NCBI GenBank assembly: GCA_905178155.1
Contig: CAJINV010000005.1
Span: 8,596,019-8,660,018 of the forward strand
Direction of reading: 5' to 3'
From: Amoebophrya sp. A120
Lineage: Eukaryota; Protista; Dinoflagellata
DNA length: 64,000 nucleotides
Part shown: one piece after another, positions 13,401 through 24,544 of the stretch
Layout: each line of letters opens with the position of its first letter
How positions within the stretch are numbered: position 1 is the first letter of the stretch
The notes under the pieces: generated by a model
Database searches by the model: none
What the model was told of the DNA's origin: nothing
What the model saw: only the letters and a program-made list of their open reading frames with translations
Made by a program: the position numbers and the translations under genes

Positions 13401-15457
13401 TTCCCAGGAGTCAGCATTCGTCAACATCGCTATGGCCTCGGCGATCTCCTCACCATCGTCAAGCATGCCAATAGCGCTCCAGTTCGCTGCGGCAAACGCC
13501 TCTGCGTTCTTCTTCAACTTTTCGAGCTGTGCTTTTGTGCGCCGAGAGCGTTTCTTCTTATCCTTGGCCCCTTTTGGACGTCCGCGGCCCGGTTTGGAGG
13601 TGCGGTTGCCAGCCACAACCCTCGCCGGTGCGTGACGCACCCTAACAGGACTAGAAGACGCTTCTCGAGCTTGTTCCCCTCCTCCATTGTTGCTCGCTGC
13701 GAGGTTCCCCTCCTCAGCTTGCGACAGTATAGGAGCTTCCGGGGACTCTACTGGACCTTCTTCCTCTCTGTCCAGTGTCTCCACTTGGAGTTCTAAGCCG
13801 GCGGTCGATTCCTCCGCGTGCCCCGCCCCATGAACCTCCAGGCGATGAGCCGAACGAGATTGCGAGTCTAGCCGTCCAAGCGCGGGTGGAACCGGTTGCG
13901 ATGCGCCGCCTTGGAGATCTTCCAGGTAGTCCATCTGGACGAAGACTCCCTTCGAACTGGGTAGGAGCCGAGCGATGTTCTTGGCGAGTATATCCTCCCG
14001 GGACTTGACATCGCGAGTAGAATACTCGGCCCACCGATGCCCGTCTCTTGTCCGATCGTCTTGAACGAAGGTGCCCACGAGCCAGCCCGAAGACTTAGGA
14101 CAAAGCCCGAGAAACACACCTCGACGAAAGGGCGGACTGAGCTTGGGACCTCCTTGTCCATCTCTGTCCGTCTTGATTTGTTCACGAAAGTAAACAAGAC
14201 AACCAAAACGCCTGAGCAGGCCAATGCCTTGCTTCGCACTGTTCCTTCCTGTCCTCTTCTCAAGGATCTCTATCGGAGTCTCTCCGTCATGCTCTGGCAT
14301 CTTTGCATATTTATGCGGCAGCCGGTCCCAACAATCACCGCTGTAGACTATGGCATAGGACCACAGACGGCGATCGACGTGAACCAACAGTGTGCGGCAG
14401 GAGCCGAACAGCGTCCGCATAAAACGTTCGCAAGTTCCGTTTTGCTCTGGATTGTGAGGAACAGTCGGAGCGTCACAGATCTGCAGCGATTGCATGACCT
14501 TGGTCATGTGCTCACACACTGCCCAGAACTGGCTCATTGTCCCGCCTCAGGAATCACGCGACCTTGTCACCCAAGGACAGTGACCAGTCTGCGCGAATGC
14601 CTTTGGTAATGTCTCCCAACTCCTCCACGCAGTCGCTCTCGTACAGAAGAGGCCTGGCAAAACACTTCTTGATGGCATCACAGATACCAACAAGGACACA
14701 GGTGTGCTTCATGATAGACATGGGCTTCACACCGACACCGAAGTCAAACGCTAATAATTTTAGTGGTTGAGGTTTATAATTCTCAACGTTTCTTACTTTC
14801 GCATGTGGATTCCTCTGTCCTTTAGTTCTATCGCATTCGGGACCACTGACGTTGAGCCCGTCCACATGGAAATGTCCAAGACGTCTGTGTAGCTCTAACT
14901 TAGTCAAGTAACAACTACTAGTAGATACCTCGGCGACAGACGTACAGACAAAGCCGTCCGCAGCATCTGCCTCCTGCAGGTCGAACAAGTTGCAACCAAG
15001 GATGGGAAGGCACATTCTGGGACGATTCTTTATGTCCAACACGCGGCCGGTACCAGTGTGAGCAATGGTTCCGCCGGTGCTGTGAAAGGTAAGCAAGCTC
15101 CCATCCTACTTGTGATGTGTTACCTTCACCGAGCCAAGGCGAAATCCTATCAGTGTCCTTTGGTAGATCTTTGAAATAAACACCATGTCGCAGGTTTAAT
15201 TGGTTGGGTTGCAGTTCTCCTATAAATCCATCCCGTGCGCCAGCTGTTCCGTTGATGGTACAGCGCCGGCCCGTGATGTTCTTAAAATCATCAGCGTGCT
15301 TTGATAAGTATCTATTTGCACAGCTGTCAACTAGGTTTGCCTGCTTTGCACCTAGGTAGCTGGCTGCACAACAATCAACAACAGACAACATAGCGACAGC
15401 AGAGTTAACCGAATCTACGAAACTCTTGTAATACACTTCATCCTCCTCAAAATTCAA
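10463..15457 (-). pseudogene. copia pol (protease, integrase, reverse transcriptase, RNase H) in several frames
   Basis: LVDSCANRY (protease), HRRLGH and PEQNGTCER (integrase), KARACVLG, DLDSAFLNA, KALYGLKDAPRAW, YVDD (RT), FSDAGFA, STAESEY, WVDNQSAI (RNase H); frame breaks near 15100, 14550 and 11330; insertion at 11736-12994. Confidence 0.93.
11736..12994. mobile_element. GC-rich non-autonomous TIR element nested in copia RT
   Basis: TIR CTCAGGCAGCCGGCCCGAGGCAA / TTGCCACGGGCCGGCTGCCTGAG; flanking CTGC duplication. Confidence 0.88.
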
Positions 15458-15496
15458 ACAACATCTTCCCCGTTCCGGATCTTGGTCATCGTCTCC

Positions 15497-17708
15497 TCAG
15501 CTCGTTCCGGGCTTGCCGGATCCCGATCCAGCGCTAGCGTCATGCCAGACCCAGGCACCACCCCAGTCCTGGTAGACCGTGGGTTCACCGAAACCGGTGC
15601 ACGCGTTGCCCCCTCCTTTGCCTTTGCCTTTGGGTTTCCCACCCGTAGACGCAGCAGCGGTAGGACACTCCCACGCGTAGTGACCACAGTCATAGCATTT
15701 GTAGCACTGGGTATTCTTCTTGTACTCCTTGAACTTCTTGTCCTTCTTGCCCTTCCCCTTCTTGCGGGTAGAAGGATCACCGCCCTGGCTTGCGTGGACT
15801 TCGGCGGTAATTTTCTTTTTCAGTTTAGTCTTGAAACGCTTGAGAGTTTTTCCAGACATGAAAGCTTTACCGTCCTCATCGTTACCACTAGCCTGGGGGC
15901 GTTTCTTGGAAGCGGCAGTCTTGTCTTCGTCGTACTCAACCGCCGGGAACGCCTTGCCGAAGCTGGAGTTCTCCACCTTGTGCTCACCGTCCAGGCGGAC
16001 GGCCCGGGGCGTGGATTCCGGCTATATTCCGGCTATGCATTGGCTAAATTTCTGCGCAGCCCGCGCGGCTTCCTTCTTCCTTGGGCCTGGGCCGCCCAAG
16101 CGCGCGGCGGCACCCTCCTCCCCATGTGTTGGGCAGCCGGGCGGCGGGTGCTTGTCGCGGCTGCATGTGCGGCCCGCGGCGCTAGTTTTTCGGCAGCCGC
16201 CCTAGCCGGGGCGCCGTCCTTGGCCGTTTTAAAATTTAAAAATTCGCAGCGTTTTCTTTCGGAATTTTCCGAAATTTTGCAGAGGCCGGCCCGCCTGCCC
16301 GAAGGAAATTTCTTCCAGAATTCATCCTGTCGCCGCCTGGGCGAGAGGAAAAATTTTAAAAGAAACCTTCGGCCGGATTCCGGCTAAAATCCGGCTAAAT
16401 TGAGGATAAATTCCAAAAGAAATTCAGCTAAGTACTCAGCTAAGTACTCAGCTAAGTGCCCGGCTAAATTCCGGCTAAGTATCCGGCTAAATGTTGGGAT
16501 AAATGCCGGAACAGGGAAAACGGGAAGGATTTGGGCCCGGGGGCCGTCCGGGCCCTCCGGCCCCCTCCCGAAGGACCCAATTTAGCAGAGCACTTAGAAG
16601 AGTATTTAGAAGAGTACTTAGCAGAGTTTTTTTTGGGGTCTCGACCCGAAATGCGGTCGCGAGTTAGCGAGTCCGGATGCAATTTAGCAGAGCACTTGCC
16701 CGCAGGCCCAGAAGGAATGTCCGGCGTTTTCCAGAAGGGCCTGCTTTGGTGGGTTGTCGGCGTGGCCGTCTTCGCAATACCGGGGTCGCGGAGTCGGGTC
16801 CGTCGCGCGCGGGCCGGGGGCGCTCCGAAGCCGCGCCGCGGCCGGAGTGCGGGCCCCGGGGAGCCCGGCCCGCCCGCTTCCGTCGTCTACGGAAGAACGG
16901 GCCGGAGCCCCAAATCGGAAGGGAGTGCGCCGCCTGGCCGCGCCACGTCCGGAAGTGCGGCCGCGGCCATTCGGCCTGCGCGCTTCCGGCTTTTCAATTT
17001 AGCCAGAAAATAGCGGCGGTTTAGCGCGTTGCCCCGCCCCGGGTCGTCCGCCTGACGACCGTCCTTGATCATGGCCTGCAGACGGGTCGCCAACTTGTCA
17101 CCCATCTGCTGCGTCGTCAGCTGGGCACCGTCCTCGACCATGCGCGCGATCGTGTCCTTGAAACCCCTGGAAAACATCTTGGGCAGGTAGTCTAAGACGT
17201 TCTGGACCTGTCGATCTTCAGGAGCACGAGCTAGGTCGGGCGAAAACACCGCAGGGGACTGGTCCATGACGCGCTTGACCTTGGCGAGGAAGGAAGGCGG
17301 GTCCTGAGGTTGGTCGCGGTCATCGAACTTCATCGATTCGAGACACGCAGCGCGGATTTTCTGCTGGGTCCTGTTCTGCTGGTTGTAATGACCTTCATCA
17401 CGCAGCTCCAAATACAACTCTCCGGCATTCAGAATGTTGCAACTCGGGCGAGCGTGCAGCCAGGTCTTACAAGAACCAGTCAAGGACTTCAGCATCGCGG
17501 CTTTCAGGTTGCGCCATTTCTGAGCAACCGCCTCAGCCTGTTGACCGACTCCTCCGGGGAGACCGGGCTGACCGAGATTGGCGACGACGTTGTCGAAGTA
17601 CACTCCTAGTCCGAGGCGCTCGACCTCCTCACGGACAGAGCGATCCCATTCGATCCAGCCAGTCGCATCCGGCAGCTTCGCGGCGATCTCTGCGGATACC
17701 GCAGTCAT
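15497..17708 (-). pseudogene. copia gag with zinc knuckle, split by an insertion
   Basis: ORF 16887-17708 joins ORF 15497-15976 in frame (MIKDG|EHKVENSSFG) after removing 1072 bp; CYDCGHYAWEC is a CX2CX4HX4C-type knuckle. Confidence 0.85.
15992..17057. mobile_element. GC-rich non-autonomous TIR element nested in copia gag
   Basis: TIR CAGGCGGACGGCCCGGGGCG / CGCCCCGGGTCGTCCGCCTG; direct repeat ACCGTCC at 15986 and 17058; internal 12-bp repeats. Confidence 0.85.
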
Positions 17709-17777
17709 CTTGTTTTCTTAATGAATCTACTGCCACTAGTGTAAGTAGCACAGATTGGCGTCTAAGTCGCAGCGCAG

Positions 17778-18343
17778 TGTTGGACTTTGAACACACCTGC
17801 CACACTGAGTGACCAAAGCTTCTACCTTCGAGAGGTCTCTAACACGTTCAAGCACTTCAATCTCTCAGCAGACAGGGCGAAAGCATCTGGCTGCGTTGCA
17901 TCCTGTGAAGATTCATCATGCAAGGTTCACCATAGTCATCATTCCATCATCACAGGCTCTGAGGCTCCAGATCTCTAGTCATTCTGGGACCTACTTCCCA
18001 CTCTGTATGGGTGCGATTTTATCAGGGCCGGAGGTCCCTGGTAGAGTTTTTATCTAGGCCGGAGCTCCTTGATAAAGTCTTGATCCAGGATTTGGCTAGA
18101 TTCTGGACCATTCTGAGATCAGCCAAATCGGTGCCGTAGGTAGGAGCCTGCGTAGGGATTTGATCTAGGGCCCGGGTCCCTGGTAAAGATTTTACCAGGG
18201 TCGCCGGTCCTTGATAAAATCCGAACCACGAGAGCCTGATCTACTCAAATTCTTCATCATTTGCATTTGGAGAGCAGGCATTTCGGGATCTCTGAGAAGC
18301 TTCAGTCTTGCGCGGAGGTAGGGTTTAGATCACATGGCCAACA
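17778..18343 (-). repeat. 5' LTR of copia element
   Basis: TG...CA termini; direct repeat of 9682-10247. Confidence 0.96.
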
Positions 18344-19971
18344 ATTAGAGCACTACTATTATCGAAGATCGAGGAACTATAGCTGCAAAGAAAGAAATGC
18401 AAATCCTTTTCATCTACAATGCCCGTTCGTGTAACCAGATAGTTTTTTCGAACAAGATTCGGACGCAACGGGAACGGTAGTGGAGAAGGAGATATCTACT
18501 AGAACAACAAGACTGAAACATGTGAGAGGCTGACACCGCCCAGGACGACCAGGTCATCCAGGACGGTAAGTAGGCTTTGATCGTGACTTTCGGTCTTGAT
18601 ACTCAAAACAATATTTTAAAATTTGCCTCCGCCTCGGTATACAAGAATGTAGAAATTGGGGCGGTATGGTGCTATATTACAGATCGCCCAACACAGTCGT
18701 ACAGCACAGCTACCGAATCGCTCACATCAAAAATCGCACTACCACCACTAGCACGTCAAAAAACGCGAAAGACCGATGCTACGGGCGCGACCATTCAGAT
18801 GCGTTTACAAATATTTTTCACAGAAGGGAGAAGCTGAAGGGATATTTTATTTCGAATCGTCGGGACGCGTGATTTGTCGGGCAACTAAAACTATATGTAC
18901 CCAATTCCGGAAAAAAAATGAGCGAGGAATTGTAACAAAGAAATGCAGCAAGCCCCTTCGTCTACAATGCCCGTGCCAGTTCGTGTATGATTCATTCTAT
19001 TATCCGCAAGGGCAAGCGTCGCAATAAAGGGCTAGAATTCATCTTGTGGCGGTTGCGAACAATATGCGATGACTTCAAAATTTTTCGGTACTACAGCAAT
19101 TCATCACTAGCTTGCATTACTCATGGGCATAACAAGTACAACTAGCCTTCTTACTCTGAAGATTTCTCCATCGTGGAGTTTTAAGTTGTTCAACAGCATA
19201 GCACCAGTGCGTCTACAACTTCTCGCAGGAGTACTAGACCGCTGGTTGAAATTGAAAACTGAAGGTGGAAAGTAAAGTATACAAAAGTAGCCATTGAAAG
19301 GAAACAAGCAATAAAGTAGTGCGGCCCGACTAAATCTTCTCGAAGATAGAAGTGGACCAGCATGATCGGATGATGCTTTAGTATTCAGGTAGAAGTAGAA
19401 ACAACTAAAACAACATCAACAGCAGCAACAACAACAACAACAACAGCAACCTCCTTTCCGGGTAGTATTACTTGTACTGTAATTACGCGGGATGTTGATG
19501 ATGATGAGCAAACGCAAAGAAACGGCTGATAGCGCCTTCTTGTCGTCTTCTGAGAACTTCTGCACTGGCAACAAGAAGTAGAGGTACTATCTTTATCCAT
19601 CATGTTCGAGTTGATGAAGAAGTCGTAAAGAAAAAAAGCCTATTCCTATTGGACGAGGACAACTGTCTCATGTGTTCTTGTTTTTGTGGTTCGTATTTGT
19701 CACAGCGTCGGCCTCGTCGCTGGTTTCTTTTCCAGCGCCGGCTCGAGCGGCTGGGTTTCTGCGAAGTAGATACTAGCTCTCGGTGCTGACGATGCTGAAA
19801 AAGAAACGATCCGAAACGAAAATAATTTTTTGATGTGTACTCTGTGATGTAAGTAGGAGTCGGTAAGAACGTAGTGGAAAATTAAAGTTCATCATGCGCA
19901 GATGATATTACAGCTTAGCTGCGGACGCAGGAACAAACAGGATCAAAATCGCAAATGCTGTGCTGAAGCGA

Positions 19972-20053
19972 TCATCACAGTAGACTTGGACTTACTATAT
20001 CTATACACGAGGTCATCACAGTAGACTTGGACTTACTATATCTATACACGAGG
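19972..20053. repeat. 41-bp tandem duplication
   Basis: TCATCACAGTAGACTTGGACTTACTATATCTATACACGAGG x2. Confidence 0.9.
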
Positions 20054-20684
20054 TCGGTTTGTTGAAAAATAAAGATTCCGCTTCATCAGGAGGAGTCGGA
20101 TTTCCGTTTTTCTCTAGTAGGTGGCAAGAATGAAAAAAATCGGTTACATGAACAACTTCAAGTTTATGTTTGTCGCCGCTGCTGCCTCATAGTCATCCTG
20201 CTGATCGTGATCAAAATTAGATAAATGGCGAAGACATGATCAACATCTGACCGGTGCTTTGCAACTTTTGATGTTGTGCGAAAGAACCCAAAGCCAATCA
20301 TGATCTTTTATCTTGTCGCGACTCGTTCACAGCTATCTATTATTACCAACTCGCGCCTCCTGCTCTCACGATTTTTCCTAAATTACAACTACTAGTATAA
20401 TTTTCTCGCACAACACCTACTTTCGGAAGAAACAAAGCACTTACTTACAACGCTGTCACGTAGAAGCAACTAAGTTCGCTGAGGACCTCATCTTGGACAT
20501 TCTTCTTCTTCTTTGTTCAGCACGCCTCACGCGCTTCTATTCGTATTCGTAAAACCTTGAGGTCTTCTGCCGCTGCTCTTACAAATAAACCCTATATCAT
20601 TTGTACTTTTCTACTAATTGCAAACGCTACACCTTTTAGCTCATCCCCCCTACTGCTTCTACTGAAGGCGAAGACTTGACCATC

Positions 20685-21614
20685 ATGATGCGTACGGCGT
20701 TTCTGCTCATCGGGTGTTTGTCCTGTAGTTTTCAGTTTCCTGAGGGAATGATTTCTGTCGCAGGATTCGTAATGCGCTCAGGCTTGTTGGGAGCGACGGC
20801 ACGGTTGCCACAAGGAGGACCAAAAGAACGTGCACAGAGCAAGGCCGAGCCGCTGGATCTAGAGATGGGTCTAGAAGTTCCGGTCGGCCTCGAGCAAGAA
20901 CCACGCAACTGCCGACGGCCGCGAGCAAGAACCCCGTCTCGCTCGCCTTCGCCTGCGCTTCAACATGCTGGCGCGCCGTCGTCCAACCCCTATGCGGGCT
21001 TCGCCGCAGATCTGGCGGACGCGAGTTCTCCTGGGGGCTGTGCTATGTGGACCCTGGGGGCTGTGGTCAAGTGCGGCGACATAGTTAATTCCACCATAGG
21101 CAAGTACGGACTGCCGCGAGCAGTCAGATCGAGAACCCCGCTTCGCTCGCCTTCGCTTGGAGGTTTGCGCCACACATCTGAAGACGCCAACGGGGATTCC
21201 GCGGGGCCACCCGACACAATTGTGACAATTGAAGGCAGTGAACACGTTGACGCGCCGCCCTCGTCCAACTACGATGCGGACGTCGCCGCAGATCTGGCGG
21301 AGGCGAGTACCCCTAGAGGCCGTGTCGCGGGTACCCTGACGAAGTGCGACGAGGACATGGGCACTGCCATACGCAACTGCCGACGGCAAGCAAGAGCCCC
21401 GGCGTCTCGCTCGCCTTCGCGTGAAGGTTTGCGCCACACATCTGGAGACGCCGGCGGGGATAGGGATTCCGCGAGGCCACTCGACACGATTGTGACAATA
21501 GAAGGAAGTGAGCAAGAAGATGTTGACACGCGGCCGTCGTCCAACGACTATGCGGACTTCGCCGCAGGTCTGGCGGAAGCCAGTTCCCCTGGGCGGGGCT
21601 GTGTCGTGTGCTAA
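20685..21614 (+). CDS. intronless protein with putative signal peptide, internal repeats and C-terminal CaaX-like motif
   Basis: MMRTAFLLIGCLSCSF N-terminus; three RTPxRSPS...PSSNxYAxFAADLAxAS repeats; ends GRGCVVC*. Confidence 0.75.
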   Translation: MMRTAFLLIGCLSCSFQFPEGMISVAGFVMRSGLLGATARLPQGGPKERAQSKAEPLDLEMGLEVPVGLEQEPRNCRRPRARTPSRSPSPALQHAGAPSSNPYAGFAADLADASSPGGCAMWTLGAVVKCGDIVNSTIGKYGLPRAVRSRTPLRSPSLGGLRHTSEDANGDSAGPPDTIVTIEGSEHVDAPPSSNYDADVAADLAEASTPRGRVAGTLTKCDEDMGTAIRNCRRQARAPASRSPSREGLRHTSGDAGGDRDSARPLDTIVTIEGSEQEDVDTRPSSNDYADFAAGLAEASSPGRGCVVC

Positions 21615-24220
21615 ATTGGTACGCACGGCCAGGCGCCGGACCTGGATAAAAGCAGAAGCCAGTCGTAAGCGAAGGCCCCCCCCCGGGTCACGATTTATTA
21701 TAAATATCGCTGCCGTCCTCGTTCCTGCTGGAGTGTTGGACTTTTTACGAGTTTGACACTGCTATCTCACTGTACTACACGACCCGGAAAAGGTACTGCT
21801 CACGAATGGATCGAGGAATTATATTCTTATTATCGAAAAGCGAGGGACTATAGCAAAAGCAAAGAAAACAAGTAACGCAATAAACCCTTTTGATCTCCAA
21901 TGCCCGTACCCGTTCGTGTAACAAGATAGTTTTTTCGAACAAGGTTCAGATGCAATGGGAACGGTAGTGGAGAAGGAGATATCTACCAGAACAAGACTGA
22001 AACATGTGAGAGGCTGACACCGCCCAGGACGACCAGGTCATCCAAAGCGGTAGGCTTTGATCGTGACTTTCGGCCTTGATACTCAAAACAATATTTTAGA
22101 ATTTGCTTCCTGTTCTAAAAATTTCTCCATCGTGGAGTTTTAAGTTGTTCAACAGGAGCATAGCATCAGTGCGTCTACAACTTCTCGCAGGAGTATTGAC
22201 CGCTGGTTCTGATTGAATGAAAACTGAAGGTGGAAAGTAAAGTATACAAACGTAGCCGTGGAGAGAAAAGCTAAAGCAAAGTATAAGTAGTGCGGTCCCA
22301 CTATTAAATCTTCCCGAAGATAGAGTTGGGCCATCGCCATTGGATGATGTATAAGTAGGAACAACCAAACAACTACACGGGAAGTTGATGTTGAGCAAAG
22401 AAACGGCTGGTGGCCCCTTGTTGTCTTCTGGGAACTCCTGCACTGGCAACAAGAAGGGGTACTATCTTTATCTATCGATCATTTGAAGAATTCGGAAAGA
22501 AAAAGGCCTACTGGACGAGGACAACTGCCTCGTGTGTTCTTGGGCGGGGTTTCCAAAGCGGTGGCTGGAGGACGGGAGAGCAAGGACATCATCAATGCGG
22601 TGCTGCTAATGGGATACCTGCATTTGAAGGATCAGCTGCCGTCGAAGATGGAGGAGTTGTGAGAAGCTAAAGCGGGGGAACTGGAGGGAAAGAGGAAAAG
22701 GGATTGTAGAGGACGAAAAGAAGGATATCTATTTAGGCACTACAAGGTTATAAGCTTATTTACTTATAGATCTGGCGTCTGACCTGCGGGCGGCTGGAGA
22801 ATGCAAGAAAGACTTTCTGGAAAAACTAAAGAACGAAGAGACCAAGCACATGCAAACCGAAAACAAAGAGGGATAGATATAAAAAGCACTACGTGTATGA
22901 TTTTTGATTTATTTAAAGGTAAAAGACTACAAGAAAACACTAAGGGATAGAGCGTAGAAACGACATCGAGGATTTTTTCGGATCACGTCGTACCTAGGGC
23001 GACTGTGTTTCAAAAAATGTAAATCTCGATCGGTCGGCACTCGCTGGAGGTAATGTTCACATCAAAAACGCAAATCTGTAATGCAAATTTCGAAGAACCC
23101 ACAGCACAAAATCGGAACATAACTTTTTTACAAATCGTAGATGAAAATGCAACTCAAAGAAGTCGGCTCGTAGCAAAGGGAAAACAGGATGTCGGTCTCT
23201 CGGGAAATCGATCGTGCAAAAAGTGATGTCGTGCAATGCTACAAATGTCGTTTTTATAGAGTTTAAAGCGCGTTTTCAAATATTAGCTCTTCAAAAATTG
23301 TCACACAACTGTCTCCCAGGGTCATGTCGTGCGCTTAAAGAATTCACGGTAGGCACGGTTAGACTTTACCACTCGAGTCCGTTTGTTAACAGCTCTCGAG
23401 TACATGACCCAAAAAACTGCATGACAGATTTGAAAAAAGACGGTGATGATGATTTAGAGATTTGGAAAAAGAAGAAAAACAAAAACAAAAACAACACCAC
23501 GCGATGGGTATTCGAGTTTGAAAATAGGTTTGCTTTGTTTTGATTTTTGTGTTCTACCCTTTGTACGTGACCAGTAGACAGAGCAAAGGTAAGACTCTCG
23601 AGAAATATTTGTTTTTGTGGTTTGTATTTGTTACAGTGTCCTCGACCCCGTCGCTGGTTTTCGTTCCAACGGCGGCTCGATTATAAAGAACTTCAGGAAG
23701 AAGTGCAGTCATGAATTCAACAAAAATGCTGAGATAATAGTTAAGAAAACAAACGACACGCATTGGATAAGGGCCAGGAACGTAAACAGCTGCTGACACG
23801 ATTTCAGTAGCATTACAAACAAGAAGAGAAGTAAGAGTGTGTGCTTTATCATAGGCTGGTTTGGACTTGATAAAAAAGTTTTCGGAGCGGTACGACGTGG
23901 TCTCACATCACGATAAAGGTTTCATCTGTAGCGAAGAACGAAGTAGCACTGGAGTGAGAGAACTTATTTACAGCAGATTTGTGGTGTATCTGATGAAGTA
24001 GAAAAAACAACTTCATCGGCGCAAGAACAAGAAGCTACTATTTTTACACGAGAAAGCCAAGAAACGGTTTTGGTGGAAGAAGAGTCGCACAGTGTTGCGG
24101 GTCCTCGTTGGCGTAAACTACAACTACAACGTAAATGCTATGCAAAAGTAGTGCAGTTGTAGCTCTAGCTGTAGGTGTACTTGAGATCATCTGACTTTGT
24201 AATTGCTCAAAGTCATTGGA

Positions 24221-24474
24221 TATGGATTGCAAAAATGTCTGGGTCTGGAAGGTTGGAACTTGTAATGCTAGCTTTCCATACGTACAGAATCTGTATTGCA
24301 TAAACAACAAAAGGCGCAGCCTCTTTTCTACAGGCAAAAACGCAACTTCTCATGCGGATTGCCTATGAGAAAGCGTTCTGGAAAGTTGTCATGCTTGGTT
24401 GCATTCGGAACTGTTTCCATCATCCACATTTTAGCATCACAAGTTTCCAGACCCAGACATTTTTACATCTGATA
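24221..24474. mobile_element. introner family A, probably in the SPEF1 5' UTR
   Basis: TATGGATTGCAAAAATGTCTGGGTCTGG...CCAGACCCAGACATTTTTACATCTGATA; repeat TTGGA/TTGAA. Confidence 0.85.
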
Positions 24475-24544
24475 TTGAATTGCGCCACCACCCCGTCCGG
24501 TAGTTCTTGGGAAATAACTTGGATTTGCACTTCTATCTTCAAAC

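Larger units (their letters stand above)
9682..18343 (-). mobile_element. full-length Ty1/copia LTR retrotransposon, inactivated by frameshifts and two nested insertions
   Basis: 566-bp LTRs TGTTGG...CCAACA; target-site duplication ATTAG (9677-9681 / 18344-18348); minus-strand order gag-PR-IN-RT-RNaseH (copia order); short purine tract GGAGGGG next to the 3' LTR. Confidence 0.97.
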
